A DNA stretch of 63,166 nucleotides, counting the filler, from an uncultured Methanoregulaceae archaeon (GTDB lineage: Archaea; Halobacteriota; Methanomicrobia; Methanomicrobiales; Methanospirillaceae): NCBI GenBank assembly GCA_964530035.1. It is 9 parts of 9 records of this genome, joined end to end, with 100 filler letters (N's around TTAATTAATTAA, not from the genome) between each part and the next. Parts side by side here need not be neighbours in the genome. Positions count along the whole stretch, not along the records: positions 29,055 to 35,934 come from CAZGXZ010000143.1; positions 36,035 to 42,875 come from CAZGXZ010000144.1; 7 more parts are not named here. One strand, written 5' to 3'. Shown piece by piece: positions 30,306 through 40,082 of this stretch. The notes beneath the pieces are model-generated. The model made no database searches and was not told where the DNA came from. It saw only the letters and a program-made list of their open reading frames with translations. How positions within the stretch are numbered: the first letter of the stretch is position 1; every line of letters begins with the position of its first letter. The translations under genes were made by a program, and so were the position numbers.

Positions 30306-30898
30306 GGCCCGGAATGGTCACTCCTGAACTTCTTGGCGATGATATAGATCTCAGTACTTCCTTTTCTCGAAGACTTTGTCTTGAAGGTCCTGACAGAATA
30401 AAAATGGCTGCGTATCAATTCAAGAAGACCAGCAAAGTCCTCGCCCTGGAAGGACTTCATTACAAGGTTCCCTCCGGGTTTCAGGAGGGAAACCGCTGTT
30501 TTCAGGGCGGATTCCCCGAGCGCAATGGACCGTGCCTGGTCGTACGAGCGGTGACCCGACAGTTTCGGAGCGGCATCGCACAGCACCACGTTCACGACAG
30601 GGAGTAACGACCGTATCTCCATGAACGTGGAATTCTCGGTGAAATCCCCGGTAATCGTTGTGACACCCTCGATAGCCCCTATGGGGTTGAGGTCAACCCC
30701 GACGACCATGCCTCCGGTCAGTCTCCTGGTGACCTGCAGCCACGACCCCGGGGCAGCCCCAAGGTCGAGGACGTTGTCATCCGGCCTGATTATCTCGTGC
30801 CTTTCCTGTATTTCTTTCAGCTTGTACGCGGCTCTCGAGCGGTATCCTTCCCGCAGCGCACGCTGATAGACCCTGTCATTGCTCCACTGTGAGCCCAT
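30302..30898 (-). CDS. rlmE: 23S rRNA (U2552) 2'-O-methyltransferase RlmE/FtsJ
   Basis: YRSRAAYKL, LDLGAAPGSW, SRKGSTEIY. Confidence 0.96.
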   Translation of the reverse strand: MGSQWSNDRVYQRALREGYRSRAAYKLKEIQERHEIIRPDDNVLDLGAAPGSWLQVTRRLTGGMVVGVDLNPIGAIEGVTTITGDFTENSTFMEIRSLLPVVNVVLCDAAPKLSGHRSYDQARSIALGESALKTAVSLLKPGGNLVMKSFQGEDFAGLLELIRSHFYSVRTFKTKSSRKGSTEIYIIAKKFRSDHSGP

Positions 30899-30987
30899 TC
30901 CGACACCGATGCAACGAAAAAGAGTACTTATACCTTTTCCACGTATACTATGAAGGGAGAGATACTTAAGAGCTCGTCTGCAGAGGG

Positions 30988-31737
30988 ATGCATGTGTTTA
31001 AGGCAACGATAGATTCGGAGATCATGAAGGAGACAATCGAAGCGATATCAGCCCTGGTGACGGAATGCCGTCTTCATACCGATGAGAATGGCATTTCTGC
31101 ACGTGCTGTTGACACGGCCAATGTTGCGATGATCTCCATGACGCTGGGCAAACAGGCATTCAAGTCCTACGAGGCATCCCCCGGGGAGATCGGCATTGAT
31201 ATCGCAAAGATAAAGAACGTTTTCGGGATGGCGGGTTCAAAAGACTCTTTAAACCTTTTACTGCCTGATACGATGCAGAAGCTTCAGATCAGCTTTGGCA
31301 GTTATCACTATTCGGTTACCCTCCTCGATACCAATACCATCAGGAAAGACCCGAACCCACCCAGCATCCAGCTCCCGGGCAAGGTCGTAATTTCAGGCGG
31401 AGACCTCAATGAGGCCATCAAGGCCGCCTCCATTGTTTCCGACAAGATATCGTTCCGGATTGACCCTGAAGCACAGATCTTCGAGATGCGGGCTGATGGG
31501 GATACCGACCAGATTGACAAGGTATTTTCAAAGGAGGACGTGAAGGACATAATCTTTGTCAAGGCAAGGTCACTGTTCTCGCTTGATTACCTGAAGGACA
31601 TGGGCAAGGTCATGGGGAAGGCCGATCTTGTGGAAATTTATCTCGGGACAGATCATCCCGTCCGGTTTTCATTCCCCATTGCAGGAGGTGCGGGCCATGT
31701 CGAGTACCTCCTTGCCCCGCGTATCGAGGCTGAGTAA
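30988..31737 (+). CDS. pcn: DNA polymerase sliding clamp (PCNA)
   Basis: AVDTANVAM, SLFSLDYL, YLLAPRIE. Confidence 0.97.
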   Translation: MHVFKATIDSEIMKETIEAISALVTECRLHTDENGISARAVDTANVAMISMTLGKQAFKSYEASPGEIGIDIAKIKNVFGMAGSKDSLNLLLPDTMQKLQISFGSYHYSVTLLDTNTIRKDPNPPSIQLPGKVVISGGDLNEAIKAASIVSDKISFRIDPEAQIFEMRADGDTDQIDKVFSKEDVKDIIFVKARSLFSLDYLKDMGKVMGKADLVEIYLGTDHPVRFSFPIAGGAGHVEYLLAPRIEAE

Positions 31738-32939
31738 TGCGGGTCTCGCTTGACGGACGAGATCTTGCAACCTATCCTTTTCTCAAAGAATCCCAACAGG
31801 TGGCTGGAAATATCGGTGACAGTCTCCCTGTATTCCTTGAGGGTGTAACCGGAAAAAGGGCGGCATCCTTCGCGGCAGACCGGGTCATCGAAGCCGTAAC
31901 GAAGCCCCTCTCAACTGATCCGCCCCTCCCTCCTTCCGATGCGTTATCGGTCAAGATTGAAATCGCCAGTTATGCAATTGCACGCATCCTTGTCTCATGT
32001 GCGAAGGACCGGCAGATGATAGAACGTCTTGCAAAGTACGAAGCGAACAGGGCGTACCGGGCACTCATCAATGAAGACTCAGAAAAACGCGTTTTCCTGT
32101 ACCGGGCCCTCGGTATGGACATCGCAGCCGGTGGGCTCCCGGTTGTCCGGTACATCCCGCTTGCCGCCCATCTCCCTGAAGACCGGTGGAGACTGGTCAA
32201 CAGGTCAGTCATCCGGGGGATCGTGGCGATATCAGCCGGGGAAAAGGACGAACTGTTGAGAGAACAGATACGGGTCCTCGTACGGTCGCACCTCCCGCTC
32301 CCTGTTCCGGAACGGATCTGCCACCTCCTTGCGGCAGAGCAGGGACGTATCCAGGCTGCCATATCCGAACGCATGCTCGAAGAATATGGTGTTGTCGAAA
32401 CCGGGGCATATCCCCCGTGCATATCTGCGATACTCGAGGCACTGGCTGCCGGAAGGAACCTCACCCATTCCGGACGTTTTTCAGTAACCGCCTTTCTCAA
32501 CAACATCGGCATGGACCCCGCACAGATCATCCGGATGTATGGACGGTCGCCCGATTTTGATGAGGAACGGACCTCCTACCAGGTAGGACACATATCGGGA
32601 AGGGGCGGGACGGAATATACGGCGCCTTCATGTGCATGGATGAAGACCAACAGCCTGTGCATCAGGCCTGACAGGACATGTGAAAAAGTCCAGCACCCGC
32701 TGACCTATTACAAGGTTAAAAAAAGACGAATTTCTTCAGGCAGCCCGGTATCCCATCCCGATGACCTTCCACCCGCAGGCACTCATAACGACAAGGAAAG
32801 CGACCAGGGAGGCCAGGTAACCGACTCCAGGCCCGAGGAACTGGGGAAGCGTGATGAGAAACACGATGAGGGCAAGCACGCTGATCAGGCCGGCGATGAT
32901 ATCAAGGATCCAGGGTTTCATGATGGGAATAAGGTATGA
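31737..32939 (+). CDS. priL: DNA primase large subunit
   Basis: YPFL, YPPCI, NLTHSGRF, PDFDEERTSYQVGHI, YTAPSC, HPLTYY, followed by a long extra tail. Confidence 0.94.
   Translation: MRVSLDGRDLATYPFLKESQQVAGNIGDSLPVFLEGVTGKRAASFAADRVIEAVTKPLSTDPPLPPSDALSVKIEIASYAIARILVSCAKDRQMIERLAKYEANRAYRALINEDSEKRVFLYRALGMDIAAGGLPVVRYIPLAAHLPEDRWRLVNRSVIRGIVAISAGEKDELLREQIRVLVRSHLPLPVPERICHLLAAEQGRIQAAISERMLEEYGVVETGAYPPCISAILEALAAGRNLTHSGRFSVTAFLNNIGMDPAQIIRMYGRSPDFDEERTSYQVGHISGRGGTEYTAPSCAWMKTNSLCIRPDRTCEKVQHPLTYYKVKKRRISSGSPVSHPDDLPPAGTHNDKESDQGGQVTDSRPEELGKRDEKHDEGKHADQAGDDIKDPGFHDGNKV
32736..32921 (-). CDS. Small two-TM membrane protein antisense to the priL tail
   Basis: MKPWILDIIAGLISVLALIVFLITLPQFLGPGVGYLASLVAFLVVMSACGWKVIG (61 aa); GGAGGGG and a TATAT element lie just upstream on the minus strand. 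Confidence 0.65.
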   Translation of the reverse strand: MKPWILDIIAGLISVLALIVFLITLPQFLGPGVGYLASLVAFLVVMSACGWKVIGMGYRAA

Positions 32940-33018
32940 GGTCCCCCTCCTATATGGATATCCCAGGGGTCCGTTCCATTCCTGCCATCCGAAAGCCTGC
33001 TGGATGCGAAGGTGAACA

Positions 33019-33576
33019 ATGAACCGAAAGGAATCAGACGAAATCATCCTCGCCAGGATTGCTGATACGATAGGGTGTCTTTCACGCAGCGCAGACCCTG
33101 CCTGTCTTTCGTTGGGCGCTATCAGGATTGGGTTCTGTCGTGAAGGGCCTCTGGATGTTTCTGATGTCGCAGCCGGTTCTCTTGCCCCGGACACTAAGCC
33201 GGGTGGCCAGGCTGGTGGTCAACAGACTCCTGCATTCGGGTCTGACATGGAAATTTCCCGGGTCCTTATCACCATTGCAAGATTTGACCGGCAGATACGA
33301 GCGATCGGGATAATGGTTTTTTCACAGGACCTGCTGGAGTCCTGCGAGGGTCTCCTGTATGAAACGGCAGGGTTTGATCGCGGTCATACTCCGCCTGGCA
33401 TCAGCACTATGGACTGGGGAGTCGCTTCATGCTGCAAAGACGGTGTTCCTGACGTGATTTATAACAGGGGCACTCAAGAAATGTCAGGTTCCCTGCGTTT
33501 CCTGGGAGAGGAGCCGGGGGAGGTTGCGACGAAGATTATTAAGGCCATAGCGCGCATTCATACTACACCTCTGTAA
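33019..33576 (+). CDS. Thiamine-phosphate synthase (ThiN/ThiP_synth)-like domain protein
   Basis: FDRGHTP...TMDWG...VPDVIYNRG...GEEP pattern. Confidence 0.7.
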   Translation: MNRKESDEIILARIADTIGCLSRSADPACLSLGAIRIGFCREGPLDVSDVAAGSLAPDTKPGGQAGGQQTPAFGSDMEISRVLITIARFDRQIRAIGIMVFSQDLLESCEGLLYETAGFDRGHTPPGISTMDWGVASCCKDGVPDVIYNRGTQEMSGSLRFLGEEPGEVATKIIKAIARIHTTPL

Positions 33577-33589
33577 TGGAAGGGAACAC

Positions 33590-33781
33590 ATGGGTATCAA
33601 ACCGACGTATATCAAATCCATTGGGACAGACATCATCAAGAACTACGATGACCGGTATTCCACCGATTTCAACGACAACAAGGCGTTGACCCAGGAAATT
33701 ACAACGATCGAGAGCAAGCGGGTAAGGAACCGGGTAGCCGGCTATATTACCAGAAAACTAAATACCGGAAAGCGGAAATAA
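33590..33781 (+). CDS. rps17e: 30S ribosomal protein S17e
   Basis: MGIKPTYIK...DFNDNK...SKRVRNRVAGYITR. Confidence 0.97.
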   Translation: MGIKPTYIKSIGTDIIKNYDDRYSTDFNDNKALTQEITTIESKRVRNRVAGYITRKLNTGKRK

Positions 33782-33789
33782 CCCTATTC

Positions 33790-34668
33790 ATGTTTAAGGG
33801 TGTTATCCCCGCTATCATCACTCCTTTTTTAAGAAACCCGTCAATGGATCTTGACACGGATGGGTTGAGATCCAACATCAGACGACTGGTTGACTCGGGA
33901 ATTCATGGTATCGTCCCCTGCGGGTCGACAGGGGAATCTGCCACCCTGAGCTTCGAGGAGCATGAGAAGGTCATAGAGGTCACCATTGATGAAGTAAACG
34001 GCAAAATCCCGGTAATAGCCGGCACGGGGTCGAACAATACTGCAGAAGCCCTCCGCCTTACGAAGGCCGCGAAGGATGCCGGCGCAGACGGAGCACTGGT
34101 AATCAGCCCGTACTATAATAAGCCGAACCGCTCGGGACTCATCAAGCACTACACGTCCCTTGCAGCCGTGGACATTCCCGTCATTGTCTACAATGTGCCG
34201 GGGAGGACCGGTCAGAATGTCCTCCCGGATATCGTGGCCGAGCTTGCGGATAACCCAAATATCGTAGGCATCAAGGAGGCCAGCGGAGATGTCAACCAAA
34301 TCTCACGGGTTATTGAAATGACCCGTGACAAGGAGTTTTCAGTCCTTTCAGGGGATGACAACCTGACCCTCCCGATCCTGGCGCTTGGAGGGACAGGGGT
34401 CATTTCGGTTGCCGCCAACGTGGTGCCCAAACCCATGATCTCCATGTTCCAGGCATTTGAAAAGGGAGACCTGAAACGTGCCGTCGCTGATCATTTTGCC
34501 CTCTCCCCGCTGTTCAGGGCGATGTTCATCGATACCAACCCCATCCCGGTCAAAAAGGCCTGCGAAATTGCAGGGATGGCAGGCGGGCCGGTCAGACTCC
34601 CCCTGGACGATCTTGATGCACAAAAGACAGCACAACTCCGTGAGGTCTTGTCAGCGTATGCCCACTAG
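33790..34668 (+). CDS. dapA: 4-hydroxy-tetrahydrodipicolinate synthase
   Basis: GSTGES, PYYNKP, YNVPGRTG, GIKEAS, TNPIPVK. Confidence 0.97.
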   Translation: MFKGVIPAIITPFLRNPSMDLDTDGLRSNIRRLVDSGIHGIVPCGSTGESATLSFEEHEKVIEVTIDEVNGKIPVIAGTGSNNTAEALRLTKAAKDAGADGALVISPYYNKPNRSGLIKHYTSLAAVDIPVIVYNVPGRTGQNVLPDIVAELADNPNIVGIKEASGDVNQISRVIEMTRDKEFSVLSGDDNLTLPILALGGTGVISVAANVVPKPMISMFQAFEKGDLKRAVADHFALSPLFRAMFIDTNPIPVKKACEIAGMAGGPVRLPLDDLDAQKTAQLREVLSAYAH

Positions 34669-35425
34669 TATCGTCATCTGCGGTGCGCTTGGGCGGATGG
34701 GCTCAATAATCGGGCGACTTGCCGTAGAATCTGGGAATTTCACCGTTCTCGGGGGAGTTGATGTCAGGGAGGGGACCATTCAGGGCATGCCGGTTGTCCC
34801 GGCATCTGGGATGAGTTCCTTCCTGAAGGAAAAAAAGCCCGATGTAGTCATTGATTTTACCATCGCCAGCGCTGCCGTGGAAAATATCCGGGTTGCAGCG
34901 AGCGCAGGCTCGGCCCTTGTCGTAGGAACTACGGGTTTTTCCGATTCCCAGCGGGAGGATATCAGGCAGGTCGTTTCTGGCAGGGTCCCCATGGTCCTTT
35001 CAAGTAATTACAGCATTGGGATGAACGTTTTCTGGAACCTGGTAAGGGAAGCAGCGAAGCGCCTCGGAGACTACGATATCGAGGTGACCGAAGCTCACCA
35101 CAGGTATAAGAAGGACGCGCCAAGCGGTACTGCAAAGACCATTCTCCAGATCCTCGAGGAAGAGGTCGGCGAACGCAAGAAGATGTACGGTCGCGAAGGT
35201 ATGATGGAACGGGGGAATGAGATCGGGGTCCACGCCCTCCGCGGCGGCGATATCGTGGGTGACCACTGCGTGATGTTTGCTGGTAACTTTGAAACGATCT
35301 CACTTTCCCACCGGGCATATGACCGGTCAGTCTTTGCAAAAGGAGCACTAGCATCCGCTTCCTGGGTTGTCGGGAAGCCTCCGGGGATGTATGGGATGAA
35401 TGATGTCCTCGGGCTTGGCATGTGA
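34658..35425 (+). CDS. dapB: 4-hydroxy-tetrahydrodipicolinate reductase
   Basis: GALGRMG, GTTG, EAHHRYKKDAPSGTA. Start at ATG 34658. Confidence 0.97.
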   Translation: MPTSIVICGALGRMGSIIGRLAVESGNFTVLGGVDVREGTIQGMPVVPASGMSSFLKEKKPDVVIDFTIASAAVENIRVAASAGSALVVGTTGFSDSQREDIRQVVSGRVPMVLSSNYSIGMNVFWNLVREAAKRLGDYDIEVTEAHHRYKKDAPSGTAKTILQILEEEVGERKKMYGREGMMERGNEIGVHALRGGDIVGDHCVMFAGNFETISLSHRAYDRSVFAKGALASASWVVGKPPGMYGMNDVLGLGM

Positions 35426-35487
35426 TATCCGTAGTGGTCGAAACGAAACCTTTTTTTTGGATTTCACCTGACTGATGTGGGAACACA

Positions 35488-35661
35488 ATGGCTGCTGTTG
35501 TTGATGAAAATATCTGTACCGGCTGTGAAACCTGTATCGACGAATGCCCGGCATCCGCCATCAGTATGGTTGGGGAAAAAGCCAAGGTGGACAAGGACCT
35601 TTGTGTGGATTGTGCCTCATGTGTTGATGTTTGTCCATCAGAGGCAATTCACATGGAATAA
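35488..35661 (+). CDS. 2x[4Fe-4S] ferredoxin (57 aa, below ORF-track cutoff)
   Basis: MAAVVDENICTGCETCIDECPASAISMVGEKAKVDKDLCVDCASCVDVCPSEAIHME. Confidence 0.95.
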   Translation: MAAVVDENICTGCETCIDECPASAISMVGEKAKVDKDLCVDCASCVDVCPSEAIHME

Positions 35662-35703
35662 TTTCAAACGATTTAATTACTTCCCAGTTCCACATTTTTT
35701 CAT

Positions 35704-35934
35704 ATGATACCTGTGGGAGTGCTGGGCGCCACGGGAGCTGTGGGCCAACGTTTTGTCGAGCTGTTAGCTGATCATCCGTGGTTTGACCTCACGCTCCTGA
35801 CCGCGTCTGACCGGAGTGCCGGAAAGAAATACGGAAGCGTGGTGGACTGGAGGCTTGAATCAGCGCTTCCTGAAAAAGCACGTGATATCGTGGTCAGTCC
35901 GACTACCGTCGACAGCATCAGGAAGGTGGAGCTT
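35704..35934 (+). CDS. asd: Aspartate-semialdehyde dehydrogenase (3' truncated)
   Basis: [14 protein letters not shown]...HPWF...SAGKKY. Confidence 0.95.
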
Positions 35935-36141
35935 NNNNNNNNNNNNNNNNNNNNNNNNNNNNNNNNNNNNNNNNNNNNTTAATTAATTAANNNNNNNNNN
36001 NNNNNNNNNNNNNNNNNNNNNNNNNNNNNNNNNNCTGCATACGATAGCCATGGCAAGCCGTTGACGATTTCCTGATAACTGTTATTCGGGTTTATTTTTC
36101 TCACTTTATCTGACCTTGGCGAGGTTTTTGCCCTCTTAAAT

Positions 36142-36400
36142 GGCCGTGAGACTGCCGCCGGGGCGCCCTTCGGGGGCGCGGGGTATCTTTTCGGGGGGCT
36201 TGGGGGTATGCCCCCACTGAAGGGGTGAAGTTTACAGGATATCGGGAAAGGTGAGGCTACGGGTATTCGGCACGGTCTGGAAGCATTCAAAAACGCCTGA
36301 AAAATTTCAGATCCCATTTCTTCAATCATGCAGATTACCTGCTGATTATGTCAGTCAAGGAAGAATTATTCGTAAAAATGATTTTTTAGTTCCGTTAAAA
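36142..36400 (+). repeat. Dispersed hairpin repeat, copy 3
   Basis: GGCCGTGAGAC...GCGCCCTTCGGGGGCGC...TGGGGGTATGCCCCCACTGAAGG...ATCGGGAAAGGTGAGGCTACGGGTATTCG...TTTCTTCAATCATG...GGAAGAATTA shared with copy 2. Confidence 0.9.
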
Positions 36401-37372
36401 TCTTCTCTCTCTTAAATTTTATTTACCCTATTAGGAGAGACCTCCATCATCTGCAATTATGGGATCTCAACAGAGCCCATAATTTCCTGAATTTTCGCAA
36501 ATCAGCGATTTTTATCTTACCATTTCCAATATGCACCGGGTGACACAGGGAGGGCCCCTCCTGGCAAGTCATTGTCATCTGCAGGTTAACTCCCCGGGCA
36601 ATCCAGTCAGGATTCATACCCGGAATTGACGGCATGCCCGTTTAGCCCTTTGATTTCCAGACTGCCAATACCAAAAGGCGGTCCAGATAGAGAGGAGTAT
36701 CAAAGATTCAACAGAACAGTCCTGTTGAAAAAAACAGGAAAGTTAGGGAGATGTTCCTTTCGCATGCAGAGTCCCCTGGCGATTCCATCCCTGAAGACAT
36801 CATGAGAATTCCCGGGACCATGCCCTTTATCCTTCCGGCCATTTCTAAGAGGCCGGAGTATTGTATGGTTCCTTCGCTGGCCGGTGAAAATGGGGGGTTC
36901 GGTGAAATCACTCTCTTTAAAAAGTGGCAGAGCTGGCCGCCCTGGCAGCAGGTGCCGGTTCGGGTGCGGAATACGGCTTATAATGTGCATATCCTTGCCG
37001 CGGTCTGGGATGGCACATAGCCTGACGAGACATCTGATACCATCATAATCGCTGATCTCATTGGAAAAGACCCGTGTGCTTACCCCGGCACTTCGTGAAC
37101 CTTGGGAAGTTTTTCCCGGTTACCAAGGGTATTCAGCCGGCAGGTCATGACACCATGTCCTCATCCACACAGGCGGAACCAACGGCATGAAAGCGGACAG
37201 CCCTTAAGGATGTGCAGGATCCTTCACTCACTCTTACCCGGCCATCCGGCCCTGGCACTGCACCTACCATATTGTCCTTGTCCTCTGACCTTCCATCGTG
37301 TGCAGAACGTTTTTTTGAAGACCCGATCACTTCGGCGGGTCGGACATGCACTTGCAAAAAATCAGGAATGGA

Positions 37373-38608
37373 TCAGGGGAACACCACAATGGCCTGGAGG
37401 TAATGGGCGAAGAGGTCCATAGCCCTGCCTGTCCCGGTCTTTGCCCGTTCGCTATCCTGGTACCCCATGGTTATGGTCATGCTCCCCCTGAAGGTACTGG
37501 TGATGAAACAGGTCGTTGGCATATAGCCTCCGGGATAACAGACATAGGCATCCACCAGCCCGTCACACTCAGGCAACTTGAAAATACCGGGGTTCGAAAC
37601 AAAGATGTCTGCGAGCCCGGCCCTTTGGAGGGCGGCCATTTCTCCGACCATCTCATGGATGCGTACGCCTTCGGGGTCGCAGGAGAAGTCCATCCGGACC
37701 TGGTCAGGAATACCTATGCCTCCCGACTTGAGAGCAAGGGTCTCCCTGATAATACGAGGGAGTATTTCCGCCATTCCCTCATCGGACCTTCTTTCGATGA
37801 CAAAATGCACATTGGTCGCCTGGTTGCTCATTAGCCGCGACCCGTCCGCAAGGTGCTGACGGAGGTTGACGGGGAAGAAGACGGCAATCGGACCGCCATA
37901 TTGTGTCAGATCGCTCATTGCAAGGAAATAGGAGGCAATAACAGCATCGTTGACATTCCCCCCCAGGATCCCCACATTCCGGCGCACTGCCCCGAGAATC
38001 TCCGGGTTGATCCGGGTGAGGTGGTAGGTAGAGGGGGAGTGCGACGTTCCGAACGGGTCAGGCCACAGGGGATCGATCACCATCATTCCAGGAGTGAGCG
38101 AAATTTCTCCCTTAACGAGGCTGCGGGTCCAGAGTGTGTCACGCTCGGGAATACCACCCTTTGCAGGAGTGACGGTCCCGGGAACACCGTACTCCTGGAG
38201 TATCTGGTACATGAGGGTATGCAGTCCGGTTGCATCGGCAGCAGCATGGGCAAGGTTGATTATGATTACATCCCTCGAGCGATCCCGGAGGAGACGTACA
38301 CGGAACTGGAGAGCCCCGTAAGGATCTACGGGCCCTATGACAAGGTGATGGTAACAACCTGAGAACTCTTCGACATGCAGGTGAGGGACACGGACACCCC
38401 TGACCAATTCCCAGAAGGCCGGCCCGTTTCCCCTTACAAGTCTGCTGTGAAGGATAGGATGTGCAAGGAGACAGGTTTGTGCTGCATTTTCAAGCTTTTC
38501 AGGATCGATTCTCCTGTCGAACTCCATTACACCGCAAAGGGTGGCGTCACCCATGATCCTGACGGAATCAGTAAAAAGGTCAAGTGATGAAGCCCTTCGG
38601 GTGAGCAT
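37373..38608 (-). CDS. Standalone condensation-domain/CoA-dependent acyltransferase fold protein
   Basis: HPILHSRL, IINLAHAAADATG (HxxxD), VNDAVIA, PVNLR. Confidence 0.8.
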   Translation of the reverse strand: MLTRRASSLDLFTDSVRIMGDATLCGVMEFDRRIDPEKLENAAQTCLLAHPILHSRLVRGNGPAFWELVRGVRVPHLHVEEFSGCYHHLVIGPVDPYGALQFRVRLLRDRSRDVIIINLAHAAADATGLHTLMYQILQEYGVPGTVTPAKGGIPERDTLWTRSLVKGEISLTPGMMVIDPLWPDPFGTSHSPSTYHLTRINPEILGAVRRNVGILGGNVNDAVIASYFLAMSDLTQYGGPIAVFFPVNLRQHLADGSRLMSNQATNVHFVIERRSDEGMAEILPRIIRETLALKSGGIGIPDQVRMDFSCDPEGVRIHEMVGEMAALQRAGLADIFVSNPGIFKLPECDGLVDAYVCYPGGYMPTTCFITSTFRGSMTITMGYQDSERAKTGTGRAMDLFAHYLQAIVVFP

Positions 38609-39091
38609 ACACGAGATCTGGGCGGGCAGGAGGTATAAAAGGTAAGAGGTATACGATACGATTCATGATAATTTGCTATTGAAGGGAACAGATCCTGCGT
38701 ACTTAATCGGTATTGTGAAATCATTCAACGGTTCCTGAAGAATACCCGTTCCCGAGGGACGGCACCACGGCACACTGAGGAAGTTCCAGTCAAAGGGCTG
38801 GATTCAATTTCACCATATCGCTTTTTCCAACATTTCTGATTGTTTTCAGGGAGTGATTCCCACCAGGACGCGAACGAATTCTTATGGCTAAGCACGGCAA
38901 CAGGCCCTATACAGGACAATTCCCATCAAAAAGAAAATGAACAGGTCTTATTCAGGCAGCTATATGAGGAAGTCTTTCTGTTGGAGACAGAAGGAGATCC
39001 CGTATACCCGATACTATGCCTCAACCCTTGAGCCAAAGTCATTTTCTTGAATGAGATGGAACAAAAGTACTAGCCGTCTTTCCCGATTTCC

Positions 39092-40033
39092 ATGCAGGAC
39101 ACCCCGGTTCCACCCAGGACAGATTACAACCCCATCAAGAGGAGGGTCAATGAGATCCTAGACCACCCAAAGATGGGCGACCGTCGGGCTATGGCGATCC
39201 AGGTATTCCTCGCCGCAACGATAGTCATTAACACCATCGCCGTAGTCATCATAACCGTTCCTGATATACGGTCAGTGTACCTCGCCGTTCTCAACCTCGT
39301 CATCACGATATGTCTCGGTATTTTTACCGTGGAGTACTTTCTCAGGATATGGTCATGTTCAGATGCCATAACCTTCCGGAAGAGGACGTACGAACGCATG
39401 AGGTACGCTCTCCATTTCTACCTCATCATTGACCTGATCTCAATCATACCGGTATTCTTTCCCTTTTTGTTTCCGTCCCACATCGCCCTGCTCCGCCTCG
39501 TCCGGCTCGTTTCAATCTTCAAACTCGGACGGTATACGAGGTATTCGAAATCCCTCGCGCTGTTCCGCCGGGTGCTTATCAGGAAACAGGAGATCTTCGT
39601 TATCATGCTCTTCTTTTTGGTCTTCGTGATCCTGTTTTCCTCGACGATACTGTACCTTGTCGAAAACCCGGTACAGCCCGATGCTTTTTCAAGTATCCCC
39701 GCCGCGATGTGGTGGGCGGTGATGACAGTGACCACTGTCGGGTATGGGGATATCATCCCGGTCACACCTCTCGGCCGGATCCTCGCAGGTTTATTCACCC
39801 TCACGGGAGTCCTTGTCCTTGCCCTCCCGTCGGCCATCCTTGCATCCGGTTTCATGGAGGAGCGCGAAAAGGAAAGGGAAAAATCAGTTTTCCTTCAAAG
39901 AAAGAAGATCATCGGGAAAATCACCCGCCTTTTTAACGAGGGAAAGATGAACAGGGAGGACTTCGAGGAGTTACGTGATCTTCTTGAAAATACAGGGGAC
40001 ATGATCCCCCCGGGTCAGTCGAAACAAAAATAA
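39092..40033 (+). CDS. Voltage-gated-type 6TM potassium channel
   Basis: S4-like LRLVRLVSIFKLGR, pore WWAVMTVTTVGYGD, short C-terminal SHOCT-like helix pair. Confidence 0.93.
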   Translation: MQDTPVPPRTDYNPIKRRVNEILDHPKMGDRRAMAIQVFLAATIVINTIAVVIITVPDIRSVYLAVLNLVITICLGIFTVEYFLRIWSCSDAITFRKRTYERMRYALHFYLIIDLISIIPVFFPFLFPSHIALLRLVRLVSIFKLGRYTRYSKSLALFRRVLIRKQEIFVIMLFFLVFVILFSSTILYLVENPVQPDAFSSIPAAMWWAVMTVTTVGYGDIIPVTPLGRILAGLFTLTGVLVLALPSAILASGFMEEREKEREKSVFLQRKKIIGKITRLFNEGKMNREDFEELRDLLENTGDMIPPGQSKQK

Positions 40034-40082
40034 ATGACTTCCAAATGAATGTCATGAGCACCCGTGTGTTCAGGACGGTTGG

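Noticed and set aside
35979..36329. 116-aa minus-strand ORF across repeat copy 3
   Set aside because: The frame is not preserved in copy 2; Pro/Gly-rich translation of hairpin DNA.
14440..36400. CRISPR array or tRNA interpretation of the GC-rich hairpin repeat
   Set aside because: No repeat-spacer periodicity, no cas genes, and no cloverleaf or T-loop consensus.
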